Positions 25,133 through 39,738 of a stretch of DNA of 64,000 nt are shown in pieces. Source of the DNA: Octopus vulgaris. Taxonomy: Eukaryota. The position numbers and the translations under genes were made by a program. Under the pieces are notes generated by a model. That model saw nothing but the letters and a program-made list of their open reading frames with translations, did not search any database and was not told where the DNA came from. The stretch covers positions 148,242,001 to 148,306,000 of the forward strand of contig OX597814.1 of the NCBI GenBank assembly GCA_951406725.2, read 5' to 3'. Within the stretch, counting starts at the first letter, position 1; every line of letters starts with the position of its first letter.

Positions 25133-26569
25133 TCAACGAGGAGTTTGCATATTAAGTTGTGTTTGGAATTTTTCAATAAAGAGATTCTCCTTGTTAATTC
25201 TCTCCTGTGTGGTGATCCCGTCTTTACATTGGTAGAAGGGGAATATATAGAATTTGGGGTTTAAGTCTTTAGCTCATGAGTCTAAGTGGTCACTCAGTGG
25301 AATTTGTCGGTATTCCGGGAGATTTATTTGTTCTTTATGCACCGTTACTCGTTTACGTAACGGGAGACTCGTTTGTCCCACATAATTATGTTGGCAACCA
25401 GCGCATGTGAGAACGTAGATAAGGTTCTCGGAGGAACAGGAGAAGTTAGTCTTGATTTTAAACTTCGTACCTTGTTTGAAGGTAAATTCAGAGCCTTCAA
25501 GTAGAAAGGGGCAGGTACCACAGTTTGAGCGTGCACATTTTTTTACTGTTGGGGGTGGATGTGGTGTGTGAAGTTTGGCATTTGTCAAGAGTTTTTTTAA
25601 AGATTTGTGTTGCCTTTTGCATTTGAGGATTTTGTGTGTATTTATAATGTTTTTCATTTTTGGGTCTGTTGACAGTAGACTGAGGTTTTGTATGATTGTG
25701 GTGTATGCTTCGATATTTTTGGGGTTGTGGGTGGAAATGTATGGAAGTATTTTGAGGTTGTGTGTGGTGTTAGGTTGGGTGGTTATCAGTGTAGTGTTGT
25801 CTAGTTCTTTGGCGCGTTTTATTCCATACTCTATAAGGGTGGAGGGATATTGACGTTGTAATAGTGTTTTTTTGAGGTCTTGAAGGCGTATTTCTCGTGT
25901 TTTTGGATCCGAGACAATGGTGCATACCCTTTTAGCTAAATTGAAAGGGATATTTGTCTTGGTGTGTTTTGGGTGGCATGAACTAAAGAGGAGGTATTGT
26001 TGTGAGTCTGTAGGTTTGTGGTAGATGTCTGTTATGATTTGGTTCTTAGGTGTTTTTATAATTAGGAGATCAAGGAATGGGAGATGATGTTTGCTTAATT
26101 CCATAGTGAATTGGATGTTGGGATGTATGTTGTTTAGTATGGTTTTGAATTCCAGGAGTTTTTCATAAGGTTCTTTCCATATGATGAAACAATCATCTAA
26201 ATACCTTTTCCAGTTTTCCATTAGGTAGGTGTGGAAAACATGTCCAAATTTCTGGCTTGATATTTCATAGAGTGACAGTTCGAAGTAACCCATTATGAGG
26301 TTCGCAAGGACTGGTGCAGCCTTGGTACCCATCGCAATGCCACATTTTTGACGGTAGTGTGTGTCGTCGAAGAGAAAAAAATTGTTTGTCAGAATGAACT
26401 TAAGAGATTCTGTAATAAAAGACTTGTTAATGCGGTCAGGGAATGTCTCTGGGTGTTTTTCTAGCCAGAAGTCAATTGCCTCTATACCATACTCATGTGG
26501 AATGTTGGTGTAGAGGTTGATGACATCAAAGGATACCAGGAGTGCCTCCTCGTTAACTGTTTTCGGGAG
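25133..26569 (-). pseudogene. PLE RT/GIY-YIG polyprotein, open for ~479 codons except one in-frame TGA at 25274-25276
   Basis: [97 protein letters not shown]. Confidence 0.9.
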
Positions 26570-26585
26570 TATATATATATATATA

Positions 26586-26689
<104 letters not shown>

Positions 26690-26830
26690 CTAGATATTAT
26701 AACTAAAAGTGGAGAATTAATCGTCTTCAAATTTTGTATATTACAGTATTGTTCTCATCCGACATGTGTTTCGCGTCACCCAGCTTCATGGGTAAAACCT
26801 TGAAAAAATGTGCAGATGTGTAGAGCTCAA
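26690..26830 (-). mobile_element. PLE terminal fragment with degenerate hammerhead (26757-26795)
   Basis: Minus strand cccATGAAgc(tgggtgac)gcGAAAcacatgTCgg; adjacent to (TA)n. Confidence 0.45.
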
Positions 26831-27737
26831 TTCACCTACCCACATCGATTAAACATTGTACAAGGTTGCATAGAAATGACTACCTTGGATGAATAAATAT
26901 AGCAGCTGAAACAAATAGTTACTCATATATTCTGCAAGGAAGAGTATTAGGGCATTTATCCGACAGAAACACGCATTGAATTGGCAAATACTGAAATTAC
27001 GTTGTAATAAGCAGAATTTGAAGACGTAAAAATCATTCATTCTTCATACCTCCCAGCTATAATCTAGCTGATAATTTTCTTACTTTGTAAAATACTTCTA
27101 TGTATAAATGGGATAGGGTCAAATTTAGCCGAAACACCCATTAGAGGCGTATGTATATGTATATATCTACATATGCATGTATGTACGTTGTGGAAAGAAA
27201 AGGAACCAGGAACAAGTATCTAAAATATGCCAAAATAGGAAACATCAAGCGAACAGCAAATAGAAAATCGACTTGCGTTGCTTAAAAATACATGTGATTT
27301 CGACCGCGACAGTATCGCTTCGAAGTTTTGATGCTAATTGACAATGACTGAATCTTACGATACACTGACACGATGATAGCAAGACAATATAAAAAAACAT
27401 GTGTTTACAGGAAAATTACAAAGGACAGGCAGCTAAATAGCAAGACCTACAACACTTGACGTGAATGTGTACTCTTGAATGATATTGTAAGAGATGGTAA
27501 AACATTGATGACAAGAAACAGTATACTAAGATGTTTGGCTCGATTTACAGCAAAGAGCACAATGAGATCGAGTTTAAAGTGAGGAGAGATATAAGACGTA
27601 CTGCCTCCAGGATAGCGAATAGGTAAGTTACAGATAACTAGAAATGGAGAAGGAATGGAGAATTTAAGAATTTGCGAGTGTCTAATTTGTTGTTTACAGG
27701 TGTGTGTTCGGGGATGGATAATTTGCATTTTTTTTTT

Positions 27738-27789
27738 TTTGTACTTGTTTCAGTCATTTGACTGCGGCCATGCTGGAGCACCGCCTTTA
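27738..27789 (-). mobile_element. SINE family A / LINE-type 3' tail fragment
   Basis: tacttgtttcagtcatttgactgcggccatgctggagcaccgccttta. Confidence 0.85.
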
Positions 27790-28518
27790 GAGTGGTGAAA
27801 GAGTACAGCAGGGAAACCACTGGGTATTGGTTATTGGAGATAACTTTCATTCATATTCATCAGAGACTCCGTTCCTTCGTTGCTGGTTATAGCTGTGAGG
27901 CTGGAGAGGCCAGCTGCGTGGAGAAATAATATATATATGTATGTATACACACAAGCAGTACATGGTTTTCTATTGGTTTCGAAGATGACTGTTTGGTTTG
28001 TTTAATCAGCTGAACAACCATCACATTTATAATATACGAGACTAGATATTCTACAGAGAAATATCCACTTAACGTAATTCTCAAGAAGGATCAATGAGAC
28101 GCATCTTATGACATGATAAGTTGTTTGTATGGACGACAGTGTCAATTCAGTGATGTTCCCCGCACATGAATAAGATGCCATAAGGCGTAATCATATCTAG
28201 GTAGGCAAGAATGTGAAGTCTTAACAACTTGGTCATGTTTGTGACCATGAGAAGCCTCTCACATATAGAATTATGATGCGGCATAGACAAGAAATACTAA
28301 CAATCATATAGAGTATTTATATGGTTTCAAGACGTTTATTTGAAAAGAGTAACATAAATATAGAGATATGTACATAGACTCAAATAATTTTGCGTAGACG
28401 GACAGAAAGACCACATTATGGAGTGATTTATGCAGTGCACGCATACAAACGCGCGCATAAGCGCATGCATTTTTAAGCATGTGGATACACATACATGCAT
28501 ACATACATACATACACAC

Positions 28519-28576
<58 letters not shown>

Positions 28577-28728
28577 TGAAATGTATAAATGAATTATCTT
28601 GTTACGGATTATTCAAAATTTACCCGATACCTGGGTAGCAAAAATCACTACAGAAAAAACACGGTTGAAGTTACGACCATAGGGTGTCACAACCGTGCCT
28701 TAGATGTTCACTAAATATATATATATAT

Positions 28729-28776
<48 letters not shown>

Positions 28777-29267
28777 GTATATATTTACGTATGTATTTAA
28801 CCAAAGTGTGAGTGTACGAAACAGGTAGAGTAAACCTACTGAATACTAATATGCTAGGTTTATCTGATATGCTTCCATAATGTTTGTTAGTCACGCATAT
28901 GGTAGACGATACTTATCCAAAATAACTCTCAGTCGCTAAAACATAAGACCATTATTCATCCGATGGGCAAAAAGTGTGTGTGTGTGTGCGTATGTGTCTA
29001 TGCGCGTGGATGCTTGTGTGCGTGTGCATGTGGTTGATTTTATTAAAATTTAATAATATGAATATTTTATTAATTATCATCCCCTGCAAAACTGATTCAT
29101 AGCATAAGGAGGAGTCGTGTAGGGTAACAGAAAATCTTTATTACTAAGGGAAACATCCTTGCATATACTTTCTTGGAATACTTTAATCGTAGCTCTTAAA
29201 CAGAATCCACTTTTACAATGTGCCAATCGCTGCACAAAATGTAATCATACGAAAAAGTTTCTAAGAT

Positions 29268-29658
29268 AGGCGTAGGAGTGGCTGTGTGGTAAGTAGCTTG
29301 CTTACCAACCACATGGTTCCGGGTTCAGTCCCACTGCGTGGAATCTTGGGCAAGTGTCTTCTGCTATAGCCCCGGGCCGACCAATGTCTTGTGAGTGAAT
29401 TTGGTAGACGGAAACTGAAAGAAGCCTGTCGTATATATGTATGTATATATATGTGTGTGTTTGTGTGTCTGTGTTTATGTCCCCCTAGCATTGCTAGGTG
29501 TGTTTACGTCCCCGTTACTTAGCGGTTCGGCAAAAGAGACCGATAGAATAAGTACTGGGCTTACAAAAAATAAGTCCCGGGGTCGAGTTGCTCGACTAAA
29601 GGCGGTGCTCCAGCATGGCCGCAGTCAAATAGCTGAAACAAGTAAAAGAGTAAAAGAG
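29268..29658 (+). mobile_element. tRNA-derived SINE (family A), full length with 6-bp TSD taagat
   Basis: A box TGGCTGTGTGG (29279), B box GGTTCAGTCCC (29322), internal (TG)n, (agtaaaag) tail; taagat at 29262-29267 and 29659-29664. Confidence 0.92.
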
Positions 29659-29679
29659 TAAGATGTTTACGTTTACTGC

Positions 29680-29900
29680 GACAAGGGTTACAGTTGATCC
29701 GATCAACGTAGTTCGTCAGGAGATTCAGTGTGACACAGACTGTGACAAGGATGATATGCAGGTAGTACATACTTTTGCCAGCTGAGTGAACTGGAGCAAC
29801 GTGAAATAAAGTGTCTTGTTAAGGACCCAACGCGTCACCAAGAATCAATCTTATGGCTTTAGATCCTCAGCTGAAACTCTAAACATTAAGATACGTGCCT
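29680..29900 (-). mobile_element. SINE family C, decayed
   Basis: Reverse complement of motifs in 44022-44330 (gttgctccagttcactcagctg, ccttgtcaca, gatcggatcaactg). Confidence 0.7.
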
Positions 29901-30076
29901 CGGACACAAGGGAAAGTCCAAAGTAATTTACTGGTATTTCATTTTATCGACACTGTGCAGGGATGGAAAAAGTACGTCTGAAATTCCGTGACTTGAACTC
30001 TGAAATTTAACGTCCCGGAATACATCAAGTAATTTTTTAAAGCGGTATCTATTCCGGCCGTTCAAAAACTAGTGTA

Positions 30077-30175
<99 letters not shown>

Positions 30176-30276
30176 GCGTGTGTGTGTGAGTGTGTCTGTC
30201 TCTCTGTGTGTAAAGTAAAATTCAAACTGAGATAATGAACGAAAAGAATAATAATACAAATAACATTTACACTTAC

Positions 30277-30381
30277 ACAGGAATAAATCTTCCAGAGATT
30301 TCCTGATAAATCACCCAAATCTAAATGTATCTCATCAAATAGAATGTCCTTGCGATAATTATCAAGTTCAGTCAAATACAG
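30277..30381 (-). CDS. Candidate internal coding exon (LYLTELDNYRKDILFDEIHLDLGDLSGNLWKIYSC)
   Basis: Acceptor ttattatag|, donor |gtaagt; 105 bp, phase 0-0, open and protein-like. Confidence 0.65.
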
Positions 30382-30579
30382 CTATAATAATGTTATTACT
30401 AATGTCCATTGGTCAGTTAATCGCTGATTAGTTTGAGCTATTAAGTCAGCCGTAGCAAGAGCCGCTACCACTGAAAACTGTAGAAACTTTTTGAACTTAT
30501 ATTTAGCTTCATAATTGTGTAATGTTTTATGTAAGCAAAGAATCGTTATTGGCGTTGTGTCTCATTACTTCTATTAGTT

Positions 30580-31125
30580 GGCAGACTCATTTGCGTGTTT
30601 GAGAAAATGCTTAGCGGTCTTTCTTTCAAACGTTACGATACCACCGATGTCAACTTGCTTTCCAATATTTCGGGGGCAATAAAATAAAGCACCTGTCAAT
30701 GATTGGGGGCGATGTAATCGACAATTCGCTGCCCCTTAAACACGCTGGCCTTGTGTGAAAATTTGAAACCGTTAAGTCATCTTTACTTTTTATTCTTTTA
30801 ATGTCGATAAAACAAGTACCTACTGAGCACTGGTATCAGTTTTATCCTTTAGTCCCCTTCGCAACAAGTTCACGTCGTGTGTCCACAGTAAAGTGGATTA
30901 TTAATAGGCATCGATCTGGTGTAATCTTTAGCACGTCGGATAAAATGCCATACAACATTTCTTCCGAATCTTCAAGATCTTGTTTCAAGTCCAAGGGAGG
31001 TCAGCTTTGCCTTCGATTCTTTTGTGATCGATAAAATAAAGTACTAATGAAATAATCTCGAAAATGTAATCGATTTACCTCCCCTTCTAAAATTGTTGAG
31101 GGTTTTGCCGAAATTTATAACCATT
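30580..31125 (+). mobile_element. Two decayed copies of SINE family D (~30580-30770, ~30925-31125)
   Basis: Share aaatgcttagcgg / gtcaactttgccttt / ataaaataaag / gatgtaatcgac / aaatttgaaacc with 31669-31862. Confidence 0.7.
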
Positions 31126-31160
31126 GTTATTTTTGTTATTGTTATTCTTTTTTTCTTCTT

Positions 31161-31274
31161 TTACTTGTTTCAGTCATTTGACTGCGGCCATGCTGGAGCA
31201 CCGCCTTTAATGTGGTTGGTTAGCAAGCTACTTACCACACAGCCACTCCTGCGCCTATATCAGCCACTCCTGCG
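31161..31274 (-). mobile_element. Internally deleted SINE family A (head fused to tail)
   Basis: Tail 31161-31209 is joined directly to head 31210-31256; 14-bp cagccactcctgcg is repeated at 31261. Confidence 0.85.
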
Positions 31275-31862
<588 letters not shown>

Positions 31863-31899
31863 ATTAATATTTGTACTAATAGAATTGTGTTGATTAGGC

Positions 31900-32520
31900 C
31901 ATACAAGTGACAAATATGTCAAGTCATTACACAAAGTATCTTGGGATATCAAAAATTCCCTCAATCATGTTGCTAGCAAACCATGTTTGTAGTGCAGTGG
32001 AGATAATTTTTCTTAATCTATATTTTGCACCAGAGTGATAGTCTTATTTACAGCTATTGCAATAGCTGTAATAATTACTCTACGTAATGTCTCAGTAGAA
32101 TCTCTCTATCTAAAACAGTAAATTTGTTTAGAATGCCTAAAAATGACAATGCAATCTTGTTTGAAGAGCAACAACTGTAGGATATCAGACAGACCAGGGT
32201 ACCTCAGCTGCTTAACTGTGAGTACGCTGCATAGACTTGCAGGGGAGAGTTGCCACTAATAATACGAAGGATAAGGTAAGACGTTAGTCTCTCCCGCAGA
32301 CAATGAATGAGAGCAGTGTATAAAAGTTCTTCATGGAAGCAAGGAGGGACCAGAAAGATAATAATGAAGGGAATCTGCTTAGAAACAAGAGTAACATAGA
32401 TAAAACTTTCATAGGGTAGATGTAGAGTTTGTAAGCTAGATTTAAGGAAGCTCATCTTAGAGAGCATAATCAAAATCTGCATGGATAATACGTGTGCTCC
32501 ATATATCGTAGATAGTGTAA
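31900..32520 (-). mobile_element. CR1/L2-like LINE 3' relic
   Basis: Minus-strand remnants ILRIISGNSPLQVYAAYSQLS and SFLKSSLQT resemble the post-RT CR1 C-terminus; many stops. Confidence 0.4.
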
Positions 32521-32921
32521 ACAGTGTACTACAATCAGCGTTGTTGCTGGTATCACCGCCGCCGACACAACCAGCATCACTACCTGCGTCACATTTAGCA
32601 TCACAAACGCTACCACCACTACCACTGTCGTCATCGTCGTTATATTGTTGATGTTCCAGAAATTTAACTTACTAGCACGTTTTCAAAGTATTCGGTATAT
32701 GAATATATTTAATCACACAAATCCCTATGCTTGAATGGTTCGAAATTATATCATTTTTCAGTTACATAAACTTGATAGAGTAAATAACTCCCTTTGACAC
32801 AAGTCTACCTTACATCGATAAACATACCGAGAGAGAAAGATCCAATCTCCAGTAAAAAACAGTCCATGTGATCGGTCTTACTTTCGAAAATAATTTATAA
32901 TGGAACCTATATTGCGAACTA

Positions 32922-34159
32922 TCAGGTCGTTCAGAATGAAATGTCCGATTTTGGACTGACAGATTATTTTAATTTATTTCAACAAAAAGCGATGTAATTA
33001 ATCAAAGTATGCACCTAAAATTATCAAAAAAGTTTGGCATCTTATTAATTGCTTATCTATGGCGGTAGAGAAGAATTCTGGAGAGCAAGAGGTAATGATA
33101 TCACGAAAGGTTGTTTTTGTATTTTCTTCAGGTTTCAAGCATTTTCCTTTAAAATTGTTGTTCAATGCCTTGATGGTCAGTTGGTGCGAGGTCTGGTGAA
33201 TATGGTGGATGGTAGAGTACTTCAAAGTTCAGTTCCTGTAACATGAATAGCGTTCTTTGCGAAACATGTGGTCGAGCATTATCTTGCAAGAGAATTGACC
33301 TGCCTCTATTGATCAATTTTGGTTGTTTAATTACATGTTCACTCACCATTTCCTTCAATTGGGTGATGTATGCATCCGCTGTAATTGACTTACCAGGTCT
33401 CATGACGCTGTAGTGGATGACACCAGCTCTGGATCACCAAACAGATACCATTAGCTTTTTTTTATGAATATTGTCTTCTGGATTGTGTTTTCGTACTTCA
33501 TCTCTATCCAACCACAGTGCAGGACGCTTACTGTTGTTGAAAATAATCCATTTGGGTCACACGTAACAATACTATAAAAAGGCGGTTCGCTTTTATGTCG
33601 TGATAGCGAAGCACATCAAATTTCAAGATGACGATACTCGTTGATTTCGTGTAGTACCCACTTGTCCAGCTTCTTTTCTTTGCCGATTTGTTTCAGATGG
33701 TCCAATACAGATGTAGTTTGAGATGTATCAACTTCTGCTACAGTTTTCAGTCCTCATTATCCACCTTGGTGTCAGGTCTACCATGGGGCCGATGTTCAAG
33801 AGGACAGTTACCAGACCAAAACTTCTTAAATTCTCAAACCATCGACGTACAGTGCGCTCATTCGCCACAGCTTCATCAAACACCTCATTGATGTTTCGAG
33901 TTGTCTGGGATACATTGGCTCCACGACAGAACACATATTTGTAAAGAACAAGAACTTTTGTTTTATCCATAGGTTCAAAAACGTTGATTTACAAAAGAAA
34001 ACTCACAATATAATCAGGCACCATGAATTGCATTTCGAAAAGTGATGATTTAACACTTCAATGCTGTAAAAAAAAAATTGCCAGGAGAAAACATTAGAGT
34101 TAACGACTGTCAAACTTAGTGCATGAGAAAAATCAAACATTTCATTCTTACTGACCAGA
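32922..34159 (-). mobile_element. Mariner (DD34D) transposon, near full length, decayed
   Basis: MDKTKVLVLYKY..RNINEVF..NERTVRRWF, WVLHE, IVTCD, LLQDNARPH, YHPPYSPDLAPTDH. Imperfect TIRs tcaggtcgttcagaatgaaatgtccgatttt / aaaatcaaacatttcattcttactgaccaga. Confidence 0.92.
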
Positions 34160-34440
34160 TGCTTACATATTTAGAAGCATGCATATAATACGTATATAAG
34201 CAATCATCATACGCGACACAAAATAGGCTATTTAGATACGTTGAAGAAATTCTGCAACATCTCACAACTGTTCTGTAACAAATGAACTCACTTTCGACCA
34301 GCTCGTCATTGAAAAGCTCTTCGTTGTATCGCTAATAGCTAGATCTTTGCTCCATGGTCTGAGTTGTTGAATGCGATCACTAGCTAACTCTATATGAGAA
34401 GAAGTTTTACAGTATTCATGCCAAAACTATGTTGTCTTAC

Positions 34441-34511
34441 TACGACAAATCTCATACTGGAGAAGGTAACTTCTCGTCTATTTTCAGGCCTATTGAAGTC
34501 CCTTATCTTTC
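34441..34511 (-). CDS. Candidate internal coding exon ((G)KIRDFNRPENRREVTFSSMRFVV)
   Basis: Strong acceptor ttgtttatatttgcag|, donor |gtaaga; 71 bp, phase 1-0, compatible with exon 30277-30381. Confidence 0.6.
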
Positions 34512-35661
34512 CTGCAAATATAAACAAGTTAACATCAAGGGAATTACAAAGACTTCTTTTGAAATACAGGAAACCATGTCTCGTTTTGATATTTCACATC
34601 GATAGTGATGTACTCATGTACTCTACAGAAGGTTTTTATAACAAAAATTTTGCACTAGTGAAAATATATTTTAAATATAGTTGAAAATTTGTACTGCAAT
34701 AGAGATTCCCGAAGCCAATTTCAAAATAGAAAGAAAGAGAGAGAGAAAGGAAGAAAACTGTGGTTCGTAAATGGACGCTACGAAATAGACGCCTCGCTGT
34801 AAACTGATCTGAGTGTAGTGTAAATAATAACACAGAATATGAGAATATTATGCAGATTAATATTTAGCATTATAAACTGGCGCTGTTTCAATTTGTTTCT
34901 TATGACCAAGAGAATATCCACACTCACCGAACTCTCCTATACACCATTTCATCATATTACTAAAAGGAAATGTTTGACTGTAGTATTAGTCTGCAATTTA
35001 AATAATACTCACTCTCACTCGCTCATTTTCTATTCTATGCATATCCGAATCTTCCCTTTCTCTCTCTGTCTCCCTTTGTATGTGTGTATGTATATATACA
35101 TATGTGTGTATATATATATACATATGTATGTATGTATATATATGTATATTTATATATATATATATATATATATACATACATACAGATAGACACATACATG
35201 CATGCATGCATACATACATACATACATGCATACATACATACATACATATACACATACACACTAACATATAATTCTGCCTGTGTATATGTACTTATATGAG
35301 TTTGAACGTGTTCCTTTAAATATATGGTTGTGTTCAAATATTATCTTTTTTTTATAGATTTGCCGTTCCTCCAAAGTTATCTTGGATGACTAAAATTTTA
35401 CCTCAAAATTTATATTTGATATTTCGATATCTTCATAGTCTAATTTTGAAGAATTGAATATATTTATCGTATGTATTGTTTCTTGAATACCGATTGAAGT
35501 CAAGTAGATTCTTTCCACTAAAGTTTTTATTCGCTACACTCGAAGTAGTTAATAAAATGCTGGAGAGGCCACGGGTTCTGTACAAGTACTTCAGTTGTAA
35601 ATATAAACTTGTTCATAATTAAGAAGAGCATAATACTAAAACATAAATACAAAATATTTAC

Positions 35662-35741
35662 CAATTGCTTTGATGATATTTTCTCCATTTGAAATTTTCG
35701 TTGATAAAATTGAAGGCGTTGACAAAATAAGGGAAGAACTG
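35662..35741 (-). CDS. Weak candidate exon (SSSLILSTPSILSTKISNGENIIKAI-G)
   Basis: gtttag| acceptor, G|gtaaat donor; phase 1 end fits the next exon. All three frames are open, so support is weak. Confidence 0.2.
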
Positions 35742-37156
35742 CTAAACGGATTTGTACAAACATTTAACATACAAAATAATATAATATATTGAACCTGTTT
35801 GTTAGATGTAAATATATAGATCGAAACAAGCAGATAACATCACGTTGGTATACACCAAAGAATTAAACAAATACATATATCTACAAGGAAATAGTGACTG
35901 CACACTCAGTTATAACATATCGACTATAAAATTACTGTTCAGAAGAGTATTTATATTCACGTCTAGAAGCAATGTTGTAGATATATGAATTGAAACAATC
36001 ATCATTTAACACCGATATTTTGTCAGAAGCTGACTACAAAAATAATGCATGAGATAGAATAGACACAATAAAAATACGCAAACCTAAAATATATACTATT
36101 GGAGGAATGATATTTATAATATCTATGGAACAGATGAATTCATAATCCAAAACCTCCTAAATTGAAACTCGTAATACATTACACTCAATGTATTATATAT
36201 AATTCATTGTATGCCCAAAAGTTAAACTTTTGAACACACTACAAACACAGCAAAAATATAGAAAATGTGCTTATCGATAACAAACCGGAAGCATGTAAAG
36301 CACAAAACAAACTTAGAACGGCCAAGGGGACCTATAAATTTCAATATAAAACGAAAAGTTGCAAACATCTGTTTTCTAGCAGTTATGTTGGCCATATAAA
36401 GAAAAGACTCATCTGGTAGGTCTTTCAAATACTTAGAAGGTGCTATTCAAAACCATTACACATCAAAAAGAAAAGTATATTAAAAATACTAACGGTGAAT
36501 ACTTATATACTCCATAAAATCCTACACAAAATGGAAAATGAATCATGGAAGGCATAATCATATAGCAATACAATGGTAAAATAAACATGTAGACTATTCC
36601 CATAAAAACCTCACTTTTTACTGCGACGAGGAATTCAACATGTGGCTGATGATGTATAAAGATCATTGTCACAAAAACTTTAGCCGGACAATCAAGAAAA
36701 TGTCAACTGATATTGAACAAACAACACAGCCAGCGAATATTTTCAACATTTGAAAATCAGACGACGTTAGCCCGGGACGGTCGAATATGAGATAAGGAAT
36801 AGTATTGTTTGAAGCAAGACATAAAAAGGCATATAAAGTATTTTCAACGTTAGCTTCATTTGAATACAACGAACACAACACATAACAAATAATTCATAAA
36901 GGAATCGGCGACAGAAAAAATGACGGGAATTTTTACAATATTCCAGCGACGTTATAAGAAGCAATACAGATGGCAGATGACAAATAGATTAGGTTCTTTA
37001 AAACGAGAATGTGAAGGTCTGGAAAAGTCGAATACGAACATAAGAACGTACCAGACAGATTGTATTAGTAGGAAATGCATCTAATTTTTTTTAAATGTAA
37101 AACATTGAAAACCGTCGTATATTTAATGAAAATTATAAAAGGAAAATAGTTAATAC

Positions 37157-37191
<35 letters not shown>

Positions 37192-37884
37192 CATACATAC
37201 AAACACGTACACACACATATATATATTTATATTTATAGTGAGAGATTTATGGATATATATATAAATACATATGTATAAGTTTATGCATAAGTATACACAT
37301 ATAATATATATGTATATATACATATATATACATATATAAACGTGTATATATATTTTTTGTGTGCGTGTGTGTGAGAGTGTGTGTATGTGAGTGTGTGTGT
37401 CTATGTGTTTATGTATTCTCTGTGCTTGAGCACATTTGCATGTATATGAAAACGCACACATGCACATATACATAAATACATACATATACATATATACATA
37501 TACAAATTTATATACAAATATATATATTTCTTTAATCCACAATATTATATCATATCGAGTTCATGAGAAATGTAATTTGTGTAAAGGAGAAGACTACTCA
37601 CAAACCATCATAGAAGTTAAAACAAAAATTACTTTTAACACACATAGGAATACATCACTCTAGACTAGTAATATACAACAAATCTTATTATATTTATGTT
37701 TGTCTCCGTTTTGCTTTGTTATCGTTTAGTGTTTTATGTTTTGGGATGTATTTATTTGTTTTTATTTTTGTTTTCTCAATTTCCACGGTTATGAAGTTCG
37801 TGTGGACTGTTCTTTTTCAATCGACCATTAGCAATCTATAATCAATATAATTTGATTGTCTTGTAATATATTTCTGTTCTCTTT

Positions 37885-37956
<72 letters not shown>

Positions 37957-38929
37957 ATGTGTGTTTATTTCTGTTTTTTTTTCTTTAGAAATTCACCATC
38001 AGTTAAGTATATCTAGTGCAAGGAAATGTTCTAGTTCATTACTATGAAACTATAAAAATTTTCATTTACACGCTCGCACGCACTTGAACTTACACATAAT
38101 GTAAAGAAAGTAAACATTAATAAGAAGAGCACAATAAAGACAGTGTGGCAGATAGCATATATATGTATATATGTGTGTGTGTGTGCGAATGTATGTGTGC
38201 GTGTATGCATATATATATATGCGTATATATATGTATTTATATATACATACATATATATACATGCATACATTTACATATATACATGTGTATATACAGGCAT
38301 ATATGTATATATATATATGTAAATAACATGTGTATGTGCTTGTATATATATATATATTCGTAACTATATATATATAAAACTGTATATATATATATCGATA
38401 GGTAAATAGATATGTATATATGTTTGTGTGTTTTTGTGTGTATGTGTATTTGTGTGTGTGCATGTGTGTAGTCGAATGTGTGTGCATCTGTGTGTTTGCG
38501 TGCCTCGGCGTCTTTCTGATGTGTGTGTTTCTACTTCTCTGTCTGAGGCTGATACCGCCCACAAACTAGATTTGATCTCGAAATATACTTCAAAACAACA
38601 ATATCGACTAACTGTCTATTATCAAGTTGGAAATGACTAAATCAATTGGTTGGAAATCGTCAAATTATGCCCTATTCAGTATGGAGTAAGTTTAAATGTC
38701 TTAATAAATCGATATTCAATTTTTAGTTATTTCACTATTTATTTTCTTGTTACTTTCGATTTCGTATCGTTTATTATATTGCCCATCAATAGCAATATTA
38801 TTCACTGAGTAGAGTTATGTGTTTAGTTACAACAATTTCTGAAATTAGAACACACTTTTGAATTCGCGTAAATACATTTCATATGCATAATGCTCCCCCT
38901 ACACACACATATACATATATATGTACGTG

Positions 38930-38979
<50 letters not shown>

Positions 38980-39703
38980 TATATATGTATGTATGTATAT
39001 ATTTGCATGTGTGCATATATACGTGCATACATATATGCATGAAGGCTGCGACTCGAATTCGAGCAATGCCTGACTTACATTATGTGTGAGGGTGTATGTT
39101 CAATTACGAGCTTGATTGTTCTCTTCAACATGTAAAAGACGTATATCTTTTAGTTCTACTTCAGATTTACATATTTTTCAATAGATGTGGCATCGATGGT
39201 TATGTTGGGCCAAGCTTTCATTCAATCATAGAAATTTTCATAGACTATTTTTCTTCCTTCGGCATCTACCAGGCTTAATATGCATCATATGACGAATATA
39301 TCATTCGACATGTTAACAAATAAGCAGCGATGCTTGCGCTTGAAACTTTTTAAAGAGGTGAATAATGCCATCTATTAATGACGTTTTCTCTTTCTCAAAA
39401 ATAACAAATCTCTGTCATTGTATACAAATGAAGTCGTGTGTATTAAACATAGAATTTTTCCTGAAGAGAGATGTCTTGACAAAGATTAAGAATCTTTCTT
39501 TCCGTCTCAGCTTTTGGATGACCATTGACACTACTGAGTTCATGTGTCACTTCATAGGATGTCCAACGCAAAACCTTTTCCTTACTAAGAAATTTCGTTT
39601 ATTCGGCCGTTTTCTCTTCCCACTACTCGACTATCTAACGAGCTGTACTTGGTTAAATGTTATCAGTAGCATGTCGCGCACACACACACACACACACACA
39701 CAA

Positions 39704-39738
<35 letters not shown>

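Larger units (their letters stand above)
24372..26569 (-). mobile_element. Penelope-like element, 5'-truncated, between two (TA)n tracts
   Basis: RT + GIY-YIG ORF, long 3' UTR/pLTR with a hammerhead at 24462-24502; both ends abut (TA)n. Confidence 0.95.

Noticed and set aside
29268-29340. tRNA gene (also 41460-41537, 44022-44095)
   Set aside because: A/B boxes are present but the sequence continues into SINE bodies; no complete cloverleaf or terminator.
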